Shown here: one piece after another, positions 18,478 through 29,510 of the stretch
Numbering within the stretch: the stretch's first letter is position 1
Layout of the letters: the number at the start of each line of letters is the position of its first letter
Assembly (NCBI GenBank): GCA_038230375.1
Contig: JBBRNJ010000017.1
Location: 1-64,000, forward strand
DNA length: 64,000 nt
From: Polyangiales bacterium
GTDB taxonomy: Bacteria; Myxococcota_A; Polyangia; Polyangiales; Polyangiaceae
Direction of reading: 5' to 3'
Notes under the pieces: model-generated
Seen by the model: only the letters and a program-made list of their open reading frames with translations
Told to the model about the DNA's origin: nothing
The model's database searches: none
Translations under genes and position numbers: made by a program

Positions 18478-19669
18478 CTACGCATTCGATCGGGAGCCGT
18501 CCCTCGACCTCATGCCGGCGCTGCTGCGCATCACCGGCCTCGACAACCGGGTCCTTGGCAAGCCGTTGGGTGGATCTGGAACGAGCGGAAAGTACAACAC
18601 CACGGACCTTCGAACCGCGTATCTCGGAAAGGACCCGACGTGCGTGCCGCTTGACGGCACTGGTCAAATCATCGGGCAGGTGCAGATCGGCGACTTCCTG
18701 GAGACGGATGTCGCCCAGTACGCGCATGACTCGGGCCTCTCGGCCCCGGACGTGCGGCCCATCTCGTCGAATGGAACGACCGCAATCGTGAGCACCGAGA
18801 CGACGCTCGACATCACCATGTCGTTCGCAATGGCGCCGAACGCGATCATCCTGCCGGTGTTCTCGGAGGGCTCGCTCGCGGGCATGAACGATAGCCTCAA
18901 CGTCCTAGCAACGCCCAGAGCCGACTTGCCGCGCCCTCTGGCCAACCAGATTTCGTCGTCATGGAACGGCTCTGCGGATGACAACACGACGCAGGCCATG
19001 AAGCAGTTCATCGTCCAAGGGCAGGCATACTTTCAGTCCTCCGGAGACAACGGGGCGAACGCGTACATCAACGTGGTGAAGGACTTCACCAACACGTGGA
19101 CGGGCGCCGGGATTCAATTTGGCACCGTCGTCGGAGGAACGATTCTGACGATGGACGGCGCCGGAACGATTACCTCTGGATTCGCCGCGGTCCCTGGCTA
19201 CGATCTCGCTACAGGTCTCGGCACGCCGCGCTGCGGCCTCATCTACGCGCTGGCGGGAGGCACGCCACCAACGCCGCCTGGACCGCCTGGACCGCCTCCG
19301 ACCGCGCACGTTGACCTGGGGATCACCGAGGCGGAAACGGGACCGAGGCTCTGCTTCTCGGGGGCCACGCTCTTTCCCAACGCCCACATCAACACCGAGC
19401 TTTCGGGCATTCCGGGCCGGTCGAGCGACGTCGCCGGGCCCAGTGGCAACGTAAACCCCGACGGCACGCTCACGGACATCGCTCCGTTCAATTCGAGCTA
19501 CGTGCTCCTCAGCGGCTGTAGCCCTGACCAACTTGCGGGTACAGTTACGATCACCATCACCGAGAGCGTGATGGGGGCGACGGTTGGCACCTTCACTCAA
19601 AGCGTGCCGGCCGACCTCTGGTGCCCGAATGGTGCTGACACGAGTTTTGGGAGTGGCTGTGGACCCTAG
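18470..19669 (+). pseudogene. Sedolisin/kumamolisin (peptidase S53)-like gene lacking its N-terminus and the catalytic-Ser region
   Basis: FYAFDREPSLD..ITGLDN (end of pro-domain), ETTLD, ISSSW, SSGDNGA, TVVGGT, then almost immediately GYDLATGLGTP with no PDV or GGTS motif; Pro linker and extra C-terminal domain. Confidence 0.7.
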
Positions 19670-20234
19670 TTTTCCTCGAGTTGTTGGCGCAACCTCCTTG
19701 GTTGTCGCGCTCATCGTTGCGATTGGGTCGGCATGCTCGTCGACTTCGTCGGGAACGACGGGCGAGAGTGGAGGCCAACCCGATGCGGCGCCCGCAAACA
19801 CGGGGTCATGCGTGAACCTAGACGCTGGAGGTGGCACCTATCAGGTCTTTCGCCTGAAGAACGGTCTCTGCGACAGCATCGTGCGCCCAACGCAGGGAGG
19901 TCTGTTAGCGTGCCGGATACTTCTCGACGGTGTGGACGGCGGATGCGCGGCCAACGGTCTCTGCGACGGGACGATGAGCGACCAGGTCACTATCGCCGCC
20001 ATCTTCGCCGATGCTGGGCAGACGCAGACGGGCGGCCTGCTCTGCGTGTTGCCCCAGCAGTCGCCCGCGACGGTGGGACCTGGCTGCGGCTCGCCAAACT
20101 CGTCGGGCTGGTGCTACTCCGTGAAGGGCTGCGAGGTGGACGCAGGCGCCCAGTGCGCATCTGCCGCTTGCGCAACTCCCGGCTACCTAGCCGCCGCATA
20201 CTCGAGACAGGGCGTATGGTTCGCCTGCCCGTAG
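19659..20234 (+). CDS. Cys-rich putative lipoprotein
   Basis: Hydrophobic segment ending IGSAC, about 12 Cys, overlaps the previous stop. Confidence 0.62.
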   Translation: MDPSFPRVVGATSLVVALIVAIGSACSSTSSGTTGESGGQPDAAPANTGSCVNLDAGGGTYQVFRLKNGLCDSIVRPTQGGLLACRILLDGVDGGCAANGLCDGTMSDQVTIAAIFADAGQTQTGGLLCVLPQQSPATVGPGCGSPNSSGWCYSVKGCEVDAGAQCASAACATPGYLAAAYSRQGVWFACP

Positions 20235-20725
20235 CTTTCAGCGCGTTCGCCCTCCTGGTGCCGCTTGCCGCGGTCGGCGCTTGCACGAACTCGCACCAGA
20301 ACGCGGACGCTGGCGCGAACTCGGAAGCTGGAGCCGACGCAGACATGGTCTGCAGCGATCTCGTAGCGCCGCCAGTCGTCGTGCACGTCCAGGAGACGTC
20401 GGGCTACGACGTGTGCGACGCAACGGTCTCGATGAGTGCTGGTGGAGCAAGCTTCCCGTTCGATTGTAGCGGATGCCCGGACGCCGGTACGGCGGCTGAT
20501 GCGGGTTCAGACGGTGGCGATGCTGGCCCCATGGTCTCCAAGGCAGGAACGTGCGACTACTCCGTCCACAATTTCCGACCGCCGACCGCGCTGTACACAA
20601 TCTCCGTCGTCGCGCCAGGCTACAAGCCGACGGCACTCACAACGCAGGTTACCCGCGTCGACACCGGTACCTGCACGCGCGACTTCGCGGACTCGCCGCT
20701 CATCGTTGTGCTGTCGCCCAACTAG
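20216..20725 (+). CDS. Putative lipoprotein with DAG repeats
   Basis: MVRLPVAFSAFALLVPLAAVGAC lipobox, DAG-rich linkers, YTISVVAPGYKP beta-sandwich-like motif. Confidence 0.65.
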   Translation: MVRLPVAFSAFALLVPLAAVGACTNSHQNADAGANSEAGADADMVCSDLVAPPVVVHVQETSGYDVCDATVSMSAGGASFPFDCSGCPDAGTAADAGSDGGDAGPMVSKAGTCDYSVHNFRPPTALYTISVVAPGYKPTALTTQVTRVDTGTCTRDFADSPLIVVLSPN

Positions 20726-20830
20726 CCGAAATGGGATGGCCTTGCCTGATGGCGATTCGATGGTGGATTGCGTTTGAGCATGAGTCCAGCGTCGTCGACA
20801 ATTGGTGCGATGCTGGCAGTTCTCGAAAAG

Positions 20831-21808
20831 ATGGTCGCGCGAACATCACGCACACGGCTGCTGCTTGTCGCCGTGTTGTGCGTCGCCAGTCCAGGCTGCA
20901 AGCGCTTCCGACGGCCTCCGCCTCCTCATGTCGATCTCACGCAAGGCCAGACCCTGTCTCTTGCCGTCGCGCGAGCGGAGTGGAAGACGCATCCAACGAG
21001 CGACGCGCACGGCAAAAGACGGACGCCAGTTCCTCCCAACGCCGAGATTGTGACGGTCGAATTCCCAAGCGCAGTCGGCAATCTGAAGGCGTTCCTTTCG
21101 GCGGACCCAAAGGACGGAAAAGGGCACCCCGCGATCGTGTGGATCACCGGTGGCGACTGCAATTCGATAGGCAGCGTCTGGACGGACGACCCGCCCGAGA
21201 ACGACCAGACGGCACGCGCATTCCGAGAGGCAGGCGTCGTCACGATGTACCCGGCACTGCGTGGCGGCAACGATGGTCCGGGCGCGCAGGAGGGATTCTA
21301 CGGTGAAGTGGACGACGTCGTCGCGGCGGCAGACGCTCTTGCAAAAGTGCCCTATGTCGATCCGTCCCGGATCTACCTTGGCGGACACAGCACGGGCGGC
21401 ACGCTCGCGCTTCTCGTCGCCGAGTCCAGCTCGCGCTTCCGAGCAACCTTCGCGTTCGGTCCAGTGAGCGATGTGCGCGGCTATGGCGGCGAGTTCGTTC
21501 CTCTCGAGCTCGAGGAACAGCACGAGATCGAGCTGCGCGCACCGGGAGTCTGGCTCCATTCGGTCAAGACACCCACGTTCGTGCTCGAGGGAGCCGGCGG
21601 CCCTGGCAGGACCGCGAACACCAGCTCACTCATCGCGATGCGCAAGATCTCGAAGAATTCTCAGATTCACTTCGTGCTCGCAGCGGGCCACGATCACTTT
21701 TCGATCCTTGCGCCTACGACCGCGCTGCTTGCGCAGAAGATTCTCTCGGACACCGGACCCACCACCAACATCACCGTGACCGAAGCGGAGATCGGGAAGG
21801 CGCCGTGA
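20831..21808 (+). CDS. Alpha/beta hydrolase (peptidase S9-like), probable lipoprotein
   Basis: DPSRIYLGGHSTGG nucleophile elbow, YPALRG, GHDHF; SPGC lipobox-like motif. Start uncertain (20768-20831). Confidence 0.8.
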   Translation: MVARTSRTRLLLVAVLCVASPGCKRFRRPPPPHVDLTQGQTLSLAVARAEWKTHPTSDAHGKRRTPVPPNAEIVTVEFPSAVGNLKAFLSADPKDGKGHPAIVWITGGDCNSIGSVWTDDPPENDQTARAFREAGVVTMYPALRGGNDGPGAQEGFYGEVDDVVAAADALAKVPYVDPSRIYLGGHSTGGTLALLVAESSSRFRATFAFGPVSDVRGYGGEFVPLELEEQHEIELRAPGVWLHSVKTPTFVLEGAGGPGRTANTSSLIAMRKISKNSQIHFVLAAGHDHFSILAPTTALLAQKILSDTGPTTNITVTEAEIGKAP

Positions 21809-22793
21809 GATGCTTCGTCTTGGCGCTCGGCTTCGGCTTGCTCTTCTTCGCTGGCTGGGGTCTGGCTTTCCAGAGGCTCTTCGGCGCACTGGCTGCGAGA
21901 TCCGCGGCCAGGTCCTTCGCCGTTGCGTCCGTCGCCTCGAAGCTTCCCTGGACGAGGTGCACCGGGGCGCGCTTCTTCGAGCCCGCGTCGAAGAAGCTGC
22001 CGTTGTCGACCCAGACCACCCAGAGATCGTAAACGCGGGTCTTCCCTCGCATGACCAGCCAGCGACGCATCTCGGAGTCCGACGCGTCGAGCTCGTCCTT
22101 CTCCAGACGCTTCACGAACCCGGCAGGCGTCTTCACCGTCGCGCCGCAATAGGCCGTTGCCGCGCCCTCCCACTGCGCACGCGACACGGCGTCGAGTGCG
22201 TCGACGTCCGCGAGCGTCACGCGCGCGCCGGCCACGAACGTGAAGGGCGGCGCACCGAGCGCCTTGCCGTACGCCTTCGCGAGCGTCTGGATCACGGGGT
22301 GCTTCTTGCCACGGACGAGCGTGAGCCCTTCGCGAAGACGGCCGTGCGACTCGAACGCCTTCAGGATCGCGGTGGTCGCCTCGGGTGCCAGGTGAAGATG
22401 CTGCTTCGCGGCGCGTGCGACGTCGACAGGCTCGGAGCGCGCGATCTCGCGCTGGAAGATCGCGAGACGGTCTGCCGGCGGGATCCTCTCGATGACCGCA
22501 TCGGCCGTGTTCTCGTAGGGAGAGCAGACCATGACCAGCGCGTAGAGCTCCCTGGGGAACGGCTGGCCAGCCCTCAACGACGCCTCGATGGGCTTGATGC
22601 AGAACGCGAACACGCTCTCACGCACCTGCTCCGACGGATGGTCCACGGCGCGACGCGCGATCGCCCAGGCCCGCTTCGTCAGCTGCGGCGCCTCGACATC
22701 TTCGAGCCAGGCGACGAGCCGGTCTCTGGCCTTGCAGTAGTCGCTCCACGCCGGTGCGGCGAGCGCGTGGACCAGATCGTCTTCAACCCCCAT
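21771..22793 (-). CDS. Hypothetical protein
   Basis: Protein-like part of the 21771-23558 ORF from MGVEDDLV, which starts 8 nt after the upstream stop; GC3-rich codons. Confidence 0.6.
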   Translation of the reverse strand: MGVEDDLVHALAAPAWSDYCKARDRLVAWLEDVEAPQLTKRAWAIARRAVDHPSEQVRESVFAFCIKPIEASLRAGQPFPRELYALVMVCSPYENTADAVIERIPPADRLAIFQREIARSEPVDVARAAKQHLHLAPEATTAILKAFESHGRLREGLTLVRGKKHPVIQTLAKAYGKALGAPPFTFVAGARVTLADVDALDAVSRAQWEGAATAYCGATVKTPAGFVKRLEKDELDASDSEMRRWLVMRGKTRVYDLWVVWVDNGSFFDAGSKKRAPVHLVQGSFEATDATAKDLAADLAASAPKSLWKARPQPAKKSKPKPSAKTKHLTAPSRSPLRSR

Positions 22794-22801
22794 GTCTCCG
22801 C

Positions 22802-23869
22802 TCACATCCTCTGGCGGACTACTTTTCTTGGGACGACTCCCATCTTCATCACGATGCCCTTGGCTTCTTTTTCCAGCATCGGGTGGATTCGCTTCTGGCC
22901 CACGAACATGCCCAGGAGGTGAGGGTTGATCTCGGCGAGCTTTCGGAGCGCGCGGCCGGCGCCCTTCATGTCGTTCGTGGAGGCGTAGGCGAACGCGCGG
23001 GCTCGCCAGATCTGCGCCTTCATCTCGGCCATGTCGGGGGCCTCGGGGTTGAAGAGGTCGAGCGTGTCGACTGCCTTCTGACCTTCGCCCGTGCGCGCCC
23101 AGGCCTCGCTCGCGACCGCGGCGAACATGGCGCGCGTCTTCGGCTCCTGCTGCTTGCCGAGCTCGAGCTGGTCGGAGAGCGAGCGCGCCTCCTTCACCTC
23201 GCCGAACGTGAGATGGATCATCGCTCGCATCGCGCGGACCTGCGCCGCGACGGGCGCGAGCTGCTTGTCCAGTTTGACGGACTCGAGCACGGCCTGTGCC
23301 TCGCGCGGGCTCTCCTGCATCAGCAGCTGCGCCTTCGCGAGGATCGCCTGCGTGTCGCCCTTCTTGAAGTCGGTGTCGAGCGTCGCGAGCGCCTTCTTCC
23401 GTCCCTCGTCCGTGTCGGCGCTCGAGAGCAGCGCGCCGAGCTTCTGCGCCTTCCCGAAGTAGCCCTTGAGCCAGTAGAGGACGCCGCCCGTGGCGACGGT
23501 GAGCACGCCGGCCACCGCGAAGCCGATGTTGTTGCGGAAGACCAGCGCACCGATCCACACGAGCGCGAGCACCGCGGCCACGCGCAGGTAGATCTTCTTC
23601 ATGTCCACCGGCGGGCGCTCGGTGGGCTTGGACAGATCGCGAAGCTCCTGCTGGACGTCCGAGACGCTCTTCCTCTTCGCCTTGTCCGATTTCTCCGACC
23701 GCGCAGACAGGCTGCCCAGCTTCGACGGGGCACGAGAACCCTCCACCTTTGGCGGGGCATCGGAGACCCGCGGCTTCGGGGCATCGGAGACCCGCGGCTT
23801 CGGGGCATCGGAGACCCGCGGCTTCGGGGGGTCAGAGTCTTCGGATTGCGTTTCGGGGTTCTCGCTCAC
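22802..23869 (-). CDS. Membrane-anchored helical (TPR-like) protein with a disordered N-terminal repeat
   Basis: Two TM segments (IYLRVAAVLALVW..., FAVAGVLTVATGGVLYW) followed by an Ala/Leu-rich helical domain. Confidence 0.7.
   Translation of the reverse strand: MSENPETQSEDSDPPKPRVSDAPKPRVSDAPKPRVSDAPPKVEGSRAPSKLGSLSARSEKSDKAKRKSVSDVQQELRDLSKPTERPPVDMKKIYLRVAAVLALVWIGALVFRNNIGFAVAGVLTVATGGVLYWLKGYFGKAQKLGALLSSADTDEGRKKALATLDTDFKKGDTQAILAKAQLLMQESPREAQAVLESVKLDKQLAPVAAQVRAMRAMIHLTFGEVKEARSLSDQLELGKQQEPKTRAMFAAVASEAWARTGEGQKAVDTLDLFNPEAPDMAEMKAQIWRARAFAYASTNDMKGAGRALRKLAEINPHLLGMFVGQKRIHPMLEKEAKGIVMKMGVVPRKVVRQRM
23754..23825. repeat. 24-bp in-frame tandem repeat x3, encoding (PKPRVSDA)3
   Basis: ggggcatcggagacccgcggcttc at 23754, 23778 and 23802. 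Confidence 0.95.
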
Positions 23870-23936
23870 CGTGCCCGAATACCGCACCCGGCCGCTCGCG
23901 GCAAGACGAGCGCCCGCGAATCTCGGGAAAACCCGC

Positions 23937-25307
23937 CTATTTCTTCTTGCCGCCGGAGACGGTCTTCGTTGCCGCGGCGCGCTTTGGAGGGGGCATCGAC
24001 GGAACCGCGAGGTCAGCGAAATCGGGGTCGCCTTCCTCCACCACGGCCCGGAAATGGATGAACAGGCTCTGCGCGATGGACATGCAGGGCACGGCCAGCA
24101 GCGCGCCCGTCGTGTGGAAGAAGTGCTCACCCACGAGCAGCGCGAACACCACGAGCACGGGATGGATCTTTGCCGCGTCGCCCATGATCTTCGGATTGAG
24201 GAAGTTCGCCTCGAGCTGGTGGATGCCAACGATCCACGCAAGCACGAACACCGCCACGGGTACGCCCTGCGTGAGGCCGAGTGCGACGGCCGGGATCGCG
24301 CTCGCGATGGATCCGAAGATCGGGATGAGGGACATGACCGCGCACACGAGGGCGAGCACCGGCCAGTACTTCAGCCCCACGATCGCGAAGCCCACGGCCG
24401 AGAGCACACCGTTGACCACGCAGATGATCAGCTGGCCGCGCACCACGCCCGACAGCCCGCGGTCGACGCGCCAGAGCAAGACGTCCACGCTCTTCCGCGA
24501 GCCGGGCCGGAACAGCGCGGCCATGAACGCGAAGATCTTCTCGCGCGTGAGCATGATGTACGCGGCGAGCATGAGCGTGATGCCAAAGATGAAGATCACG
24601 CGGCTGACGCCTGCGACGATATCGCGCCCGATCTTCGCGAGCTCCAGCGCGTTGCTCTCCGCGTACGCGAAGCTCTTGCCTATGGCCTCTGCGAAGAGTC
24701 GGTTCGGATCGAACGACTCCCCCTCGCGCGGCTCGTAGCGCGGCTCCACGGAGTAGCCACCTCCGCGCGTGGGCGTCACGACGAACCCCTGCCCCACGTC
24801 CACGGCCATGGAACCATCTGCGCGCGGATGCACGACGAGCGCGGCGGGCTCCTTGTGCTCTTCCTTCACCGTGGACGGCGCCTGCGATGCACCCGACTCG
24901 CGCAGCCGCTCGCGCGCCTTCTGCCATTCGGCTTGCACATGCAGGCCAAGGCCCGGGAGCTCACGCCTGAGCCCACCGAGCTCCACGACCACGCGCGGCG
25001 CCGCGACCCGCACGAAGAGCGCGATGCTGCCCAGCACAAGCACGTACACCATCACGATCGCGAGCGGTCGCGCGACGTGGATGCGGCGCTCCACCAGGGC
25101 CACCAGAGGCCACAGCACGTAGGCAACGATCAGCGCGAGCACGAACGGCAGCAGCACCTCGTGAGCGACGAGAAGCACACCGAGCACAAGCACCAGAGAC
25201 CCGAGCATGAAGCCGCGGCGCACCCACGGCGAACGCGGCGGGCCTGGCGCCGGCGAGTCGAGCACGTCTTCGGTGGGCGTCTCGCCACTCATGCCGGCGC
25301 CGCTCAT
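23937..25307 (-). CDS. AI-2E family transporter (PerM/TqsA-like)
   Basis: LLPFVLALIVAYVLWPLV, VRGQL, IPIFG, HQLEANFLNPKIMG, IHPV. Confidence 0.88.
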   Translation of the reverse strand: MSGAGMSGETPTEDVLDSPAPGPPRSPWVRRGFMLGSLVLVLGVLLVAHEVLLPFVLALIVAYVLWPLVALVERRIHVARPLAIVMVYVLVLGSIALFVRVAAPRVVVELGGLRRELPGLGLHVQAEWQKARERLRESGASQAPSTVKEEHKEPAALVVHPRADGSMAVDVGQGFVVTPTRGGGYSVEPRYEPREGESFDPNRLFAEAIGKSFAYAESNALELAKIGRDIVAGVSRVIFIFGITLMLAAYIMLTREKIFAFMAALFRPGSRKSVDVLLWRVDRGLSGVVRGQLIICVVNGVLSAVGFAIVGLKYWPVLALVCAVMSLIPIFGSIASAIPAVALGLTQGVPVAVFVLAWIVGIHQLEANFLNPKIMGDAAKIHPVLVVFALLVGEHFFHTTGALLAVPCMSIAQSLFIHFRAVVEEGDPDFADLAVPSMPPPKRAAATKTVSGGKKK

Positions 25308-25801
25308 CCCAGGTCCTCGAAGAACGGACGCAGGCGTTTGTATGTATCGTGCAAGTATTCCGGCATCACACGCACGTCAGCGATGACGGGCATGAAGTTC
25401 GAGTCGCCAGCCCACCGCGGGACCACGTGCCCGTGCAAGTGCTCGTCCACACCAGCGCCCGCTGCCTTGCCAAGATTGAAGCCCACGTTCAGGCCCTGGG
25501 GAGACGTACCGCGCTTGAGGCGCACGACGCACTCGCGCAGCAGGCTCATCGTGGCCGTGTACTCCTCCTCGGTCAGCTCCTCCGGAGAGGCCACGTGACG
25601 ACGCGGCGATACGAGCAGGTGCCCGGCCGCGAACGGATACTTGTTCAGGCACACGAATGCGTGCGGCAGCACCGCGAGCACGCCGTTCGCTGCGCGCTGC
25701 GCCTGGGCCTCGGGCTTGGGGTATGCGCACAGGAAGCAGCCGTCGGTCTTCTTGCCGAGGATGTAATCGATGCGCCAGGGTGCCCAGAGCGATTCGCTCA
25801 T
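25304..25801 (-). CDS. HIT-family hydrolase (Ap4A phosphorylase-like)
   Basis: LWAPWR, CFLC, LNKYPF..GHLLV, NLGKAAGAG..HLHGHVVPRW.GDSNFMP. Confidence 0.9.
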   Translation of the reverse strand: MSESLWAPWRIDYILGKKTDGCFLCAYPKPEAQAQRAANGVLAVLPHAFVCLNKYPFAAGHLLVSPRRHVASPEELTEEEYTATMSLLRECVVRLKRGTSPQGLNVGFNLGKAAGAGVDEHLHGHVVPRWAGDSNFMPVIADVRVMPEYLHDTYKRLRPFFEDLG

Positions 25802-25819
25802 GATCGTTGTCCGCGCCCC

Positions 25820-26044
25820 TCAGCCGCCAGCGGCGCTGTCCTTCACCGCTCCAGAATCCACGTCCCCACTGTCCGTGTCGCCCGTGCCCGTGCCGCTGTC
25901 AGGGGGGTCGGCGGCGCCGTCGAACAGGTTTCCAGGCGGGAGATCCTGTCCGTTCTTAAGCTTGCTGTCGCCGGTCTCGCCGCATGCCACGACCACCGCC
26001 GCGACCACGCACGTCAAAGAAAGAACGACGACCACCCGACGCAT
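25820..26044 (-). CDS. Small lipoprotein composed mostly of DSG repeats
   Basis: MRR, hydrophobic segment, VVAC; then DSGTGTGDTDSGDVDSG. Confidence 0.65.
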   Translation of the reverse strand: MRRVVVVLSLTCVVAAVVVACGETGDSKLKNGQDLPPGNLFDGAADPPDSGTGTGDTDSGDVDSGAVKDSAAGG

Positions 26045-26060
26045 GGCTCCACCTTATCAG

Positions 26061-26095
26061 AAAAGAAAAGGGCCGTGCGGTGAGGCACGACCCTT
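26061..26095 (-). terminator. Rho-independent terminator downstream of rpsA
   Basis: Minus strand AAGGGTCGTGC-ctcacc-GCACGGCCCTT followed by TTCTTTT; a second long hairpin lies at about 26099-26145. Confidence 0.75.
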
Positions 26096-26161
26096 GTAGA
26101 GCGCGCTACCCGGGGTGCGTTGGCACTGCCCGGGCTGCGCGCTCAGTCGAGGAGCCAAGGA

Positions 26162-27925
<1,764 letters not shown>

Positions 27926-28202
27926 TCGATTTTTGGTTTCCTCGTTCATCGCGACGGAGCCTGTGCTTCCGTCGCGCCTTTCTCCCGCCCAAGCGCCGCA
28001 AAATGCAGACAGTTCGGGGGGAGGAAGCGAATACCCCAGGTATTTGCGAGAGTCAAAGGGGACCAGGCCAAAAGCGCCCACAAATCTCCCCGTAAACGTG
28101 GACGCGAACGCAAACCGGCCCGATCGGTCCGTCCACTAACACCTCACCCCAGCGTGACGAATCAGGTTGAAATCCCCCAGCCATCAGTCAAAGTGCCCGG
28201 CG

Positions 28203-29465
28203 ATGTCCCCGCGTCCGCTCCTCTCTGTCGCGCTTCTGCTTGGCCTCGCGCTCGCCAGCGGCTGCAGCGCAAGCTCCACGTCGGGCAACGGCAACGATCA
28301 GGGCAGCGGCACCAGTGACGCTGGCAACGCATCCGACGGCGGCACCGGCACGCAGCCGACGAACGACGCGGGCTCCACGTCCGGCAAGGACGCTGGCCCC
28401 GCTGGTCCCCTCGTCACCACCATCCGCATCCACTACCCGCTCGGCACGATGAGCGGCGCCCACGCCCTCGCCCTCCGAGGCTCGCTCGCACCGCTCGACT
28501 GGAACGCGGGCAAGCCGCTCGTAGCAAACGCTGGCGCAAGCGACACGTACACCTTCACGTTCCCAGCGCCGAGCGGCGTCACGACGCCCTTCGAGGTGAA
28601 GCCGCTCATCGACGACGCCACGTGGTCGCTCGGCCCGAACTACAAGATCGCGCCCGGCGCCACCGCGGACATCTACCCCCGCTTTCAGCAGACGAAGGGC
28701 ACCTGGTCACGCGCGTATGACTTCGCGTCCAAGACGCTGGGCAACTCCCGCGGCGTGTGGATCTACCTGCCGCCCACGTACGTGGAGAACACGCTCGTCA
28801 AGATGCCTGTAGTCTACATGCATGATGGCCAGAACCTGTTCGACCCCGCGGCGACCTTCGGCGGCAACACGTGGAAGGTCGCCGAGACCATGGACGCGGG
28901 TGCGAGCGACGGCTCGATCGCGGAGGCCATCATCGTTGGCGCGGAGAACACAGCTGCCCGCATGGACGAGTACACGCCGGTCGCAGACCCCACGTACATG
29001 GGCGGCAAGGGCGATAGCTACCTCACCATGCTCATCACGGAGCTGAAGCCGAAGATCGACGCGGACATGCGCACGCTCCCCGATCGCGAGCACACCGCGA
29101 TCCTCGGCTCGTCGCTGGGCGGCCTGATCAGCGCGTACGCCGGAGTCACGCACGCGGACACCTACGGCCTGGTCGGCGTGATGTCCCCCTCCACGTGGTG
29201 GGACAACAACTGGCTCATCGGCGACGTCGCGACCACGAAGACCACACCGCGCCCCCTTCGCATCTACGTGGACAGCGGCGACTCCGGCGCAAGCAGCGAC
29301 GACGTCACCCAGACGAAGATGCTAGCGGACCAGTACCGGACCCTCGGCTACAAGGACGGCACGAGCTTCGACTACGTCGTGCAGGCCGGCGGTCAGCACA
29401 ACGAGGTCTACTGGGCCCAGCGCCTGCCCGGGGCCATGGCCTTCCTCCTCGGACCTGGCCGCTGA
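28203..29465 (+). CDS. Lipoprotein esterase (alpha/beta hydrolase) with an N-terminal CBM20-like domain
   Basis: LASGC lipobox; ALRGSLAPLDW; VWIYLPP, YMHDGQNLF, GSSLGG, QHNE..W..RLP. Confidence 0.82.
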   Translation: MSPRPLLSVALLLGLALASGCSASSTSGNGNDQGSGTSDAGNASDGGTGTQPTNDAGSTSGKDAGPAGPLVTTIRIHYPLGTMSGAHALALRGSLAPLDWNAGKPLVANAGASDTYTFTFPAPSGVTTPFEVKPLIDDATWSLGPNYKIAPGATADIYPRFQQTKGTWSRAYDFASKTLGNSRGVWIYLPPTYVENTLVKMPVVYMHDGQNLFDPAATFGGNTWKVAETMDAGASDGSIAEAIIVGAENTAARMDEYTPVADPTYMGGKGDSYLTMLITELKPKIDADMRTLPDREHTAILGSSLGGLISAYAGVTHADTYGLVGVMSPSTWWDNNWLIGDVATTKTTPRPLRIYVDSGDSGASSDDVTQTKMLADQYRTLGYKDGTSFDYVVQAGGQHNEVYWAQRLPGAMAFLLGPGR

Positions 29466-29484
29466 CCTCGACCTAGACCTAGAC
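29464..29484 (+). repeat. Short GACCTC/GACCTA hexamer tract
   Basis: gacctcgacctagacctagac directly after the stop codon. Confidence 0.6.
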
Positions 29485-29510
29485 GCCAACTCCGCTACGC
29501 TGGCGGCTCC

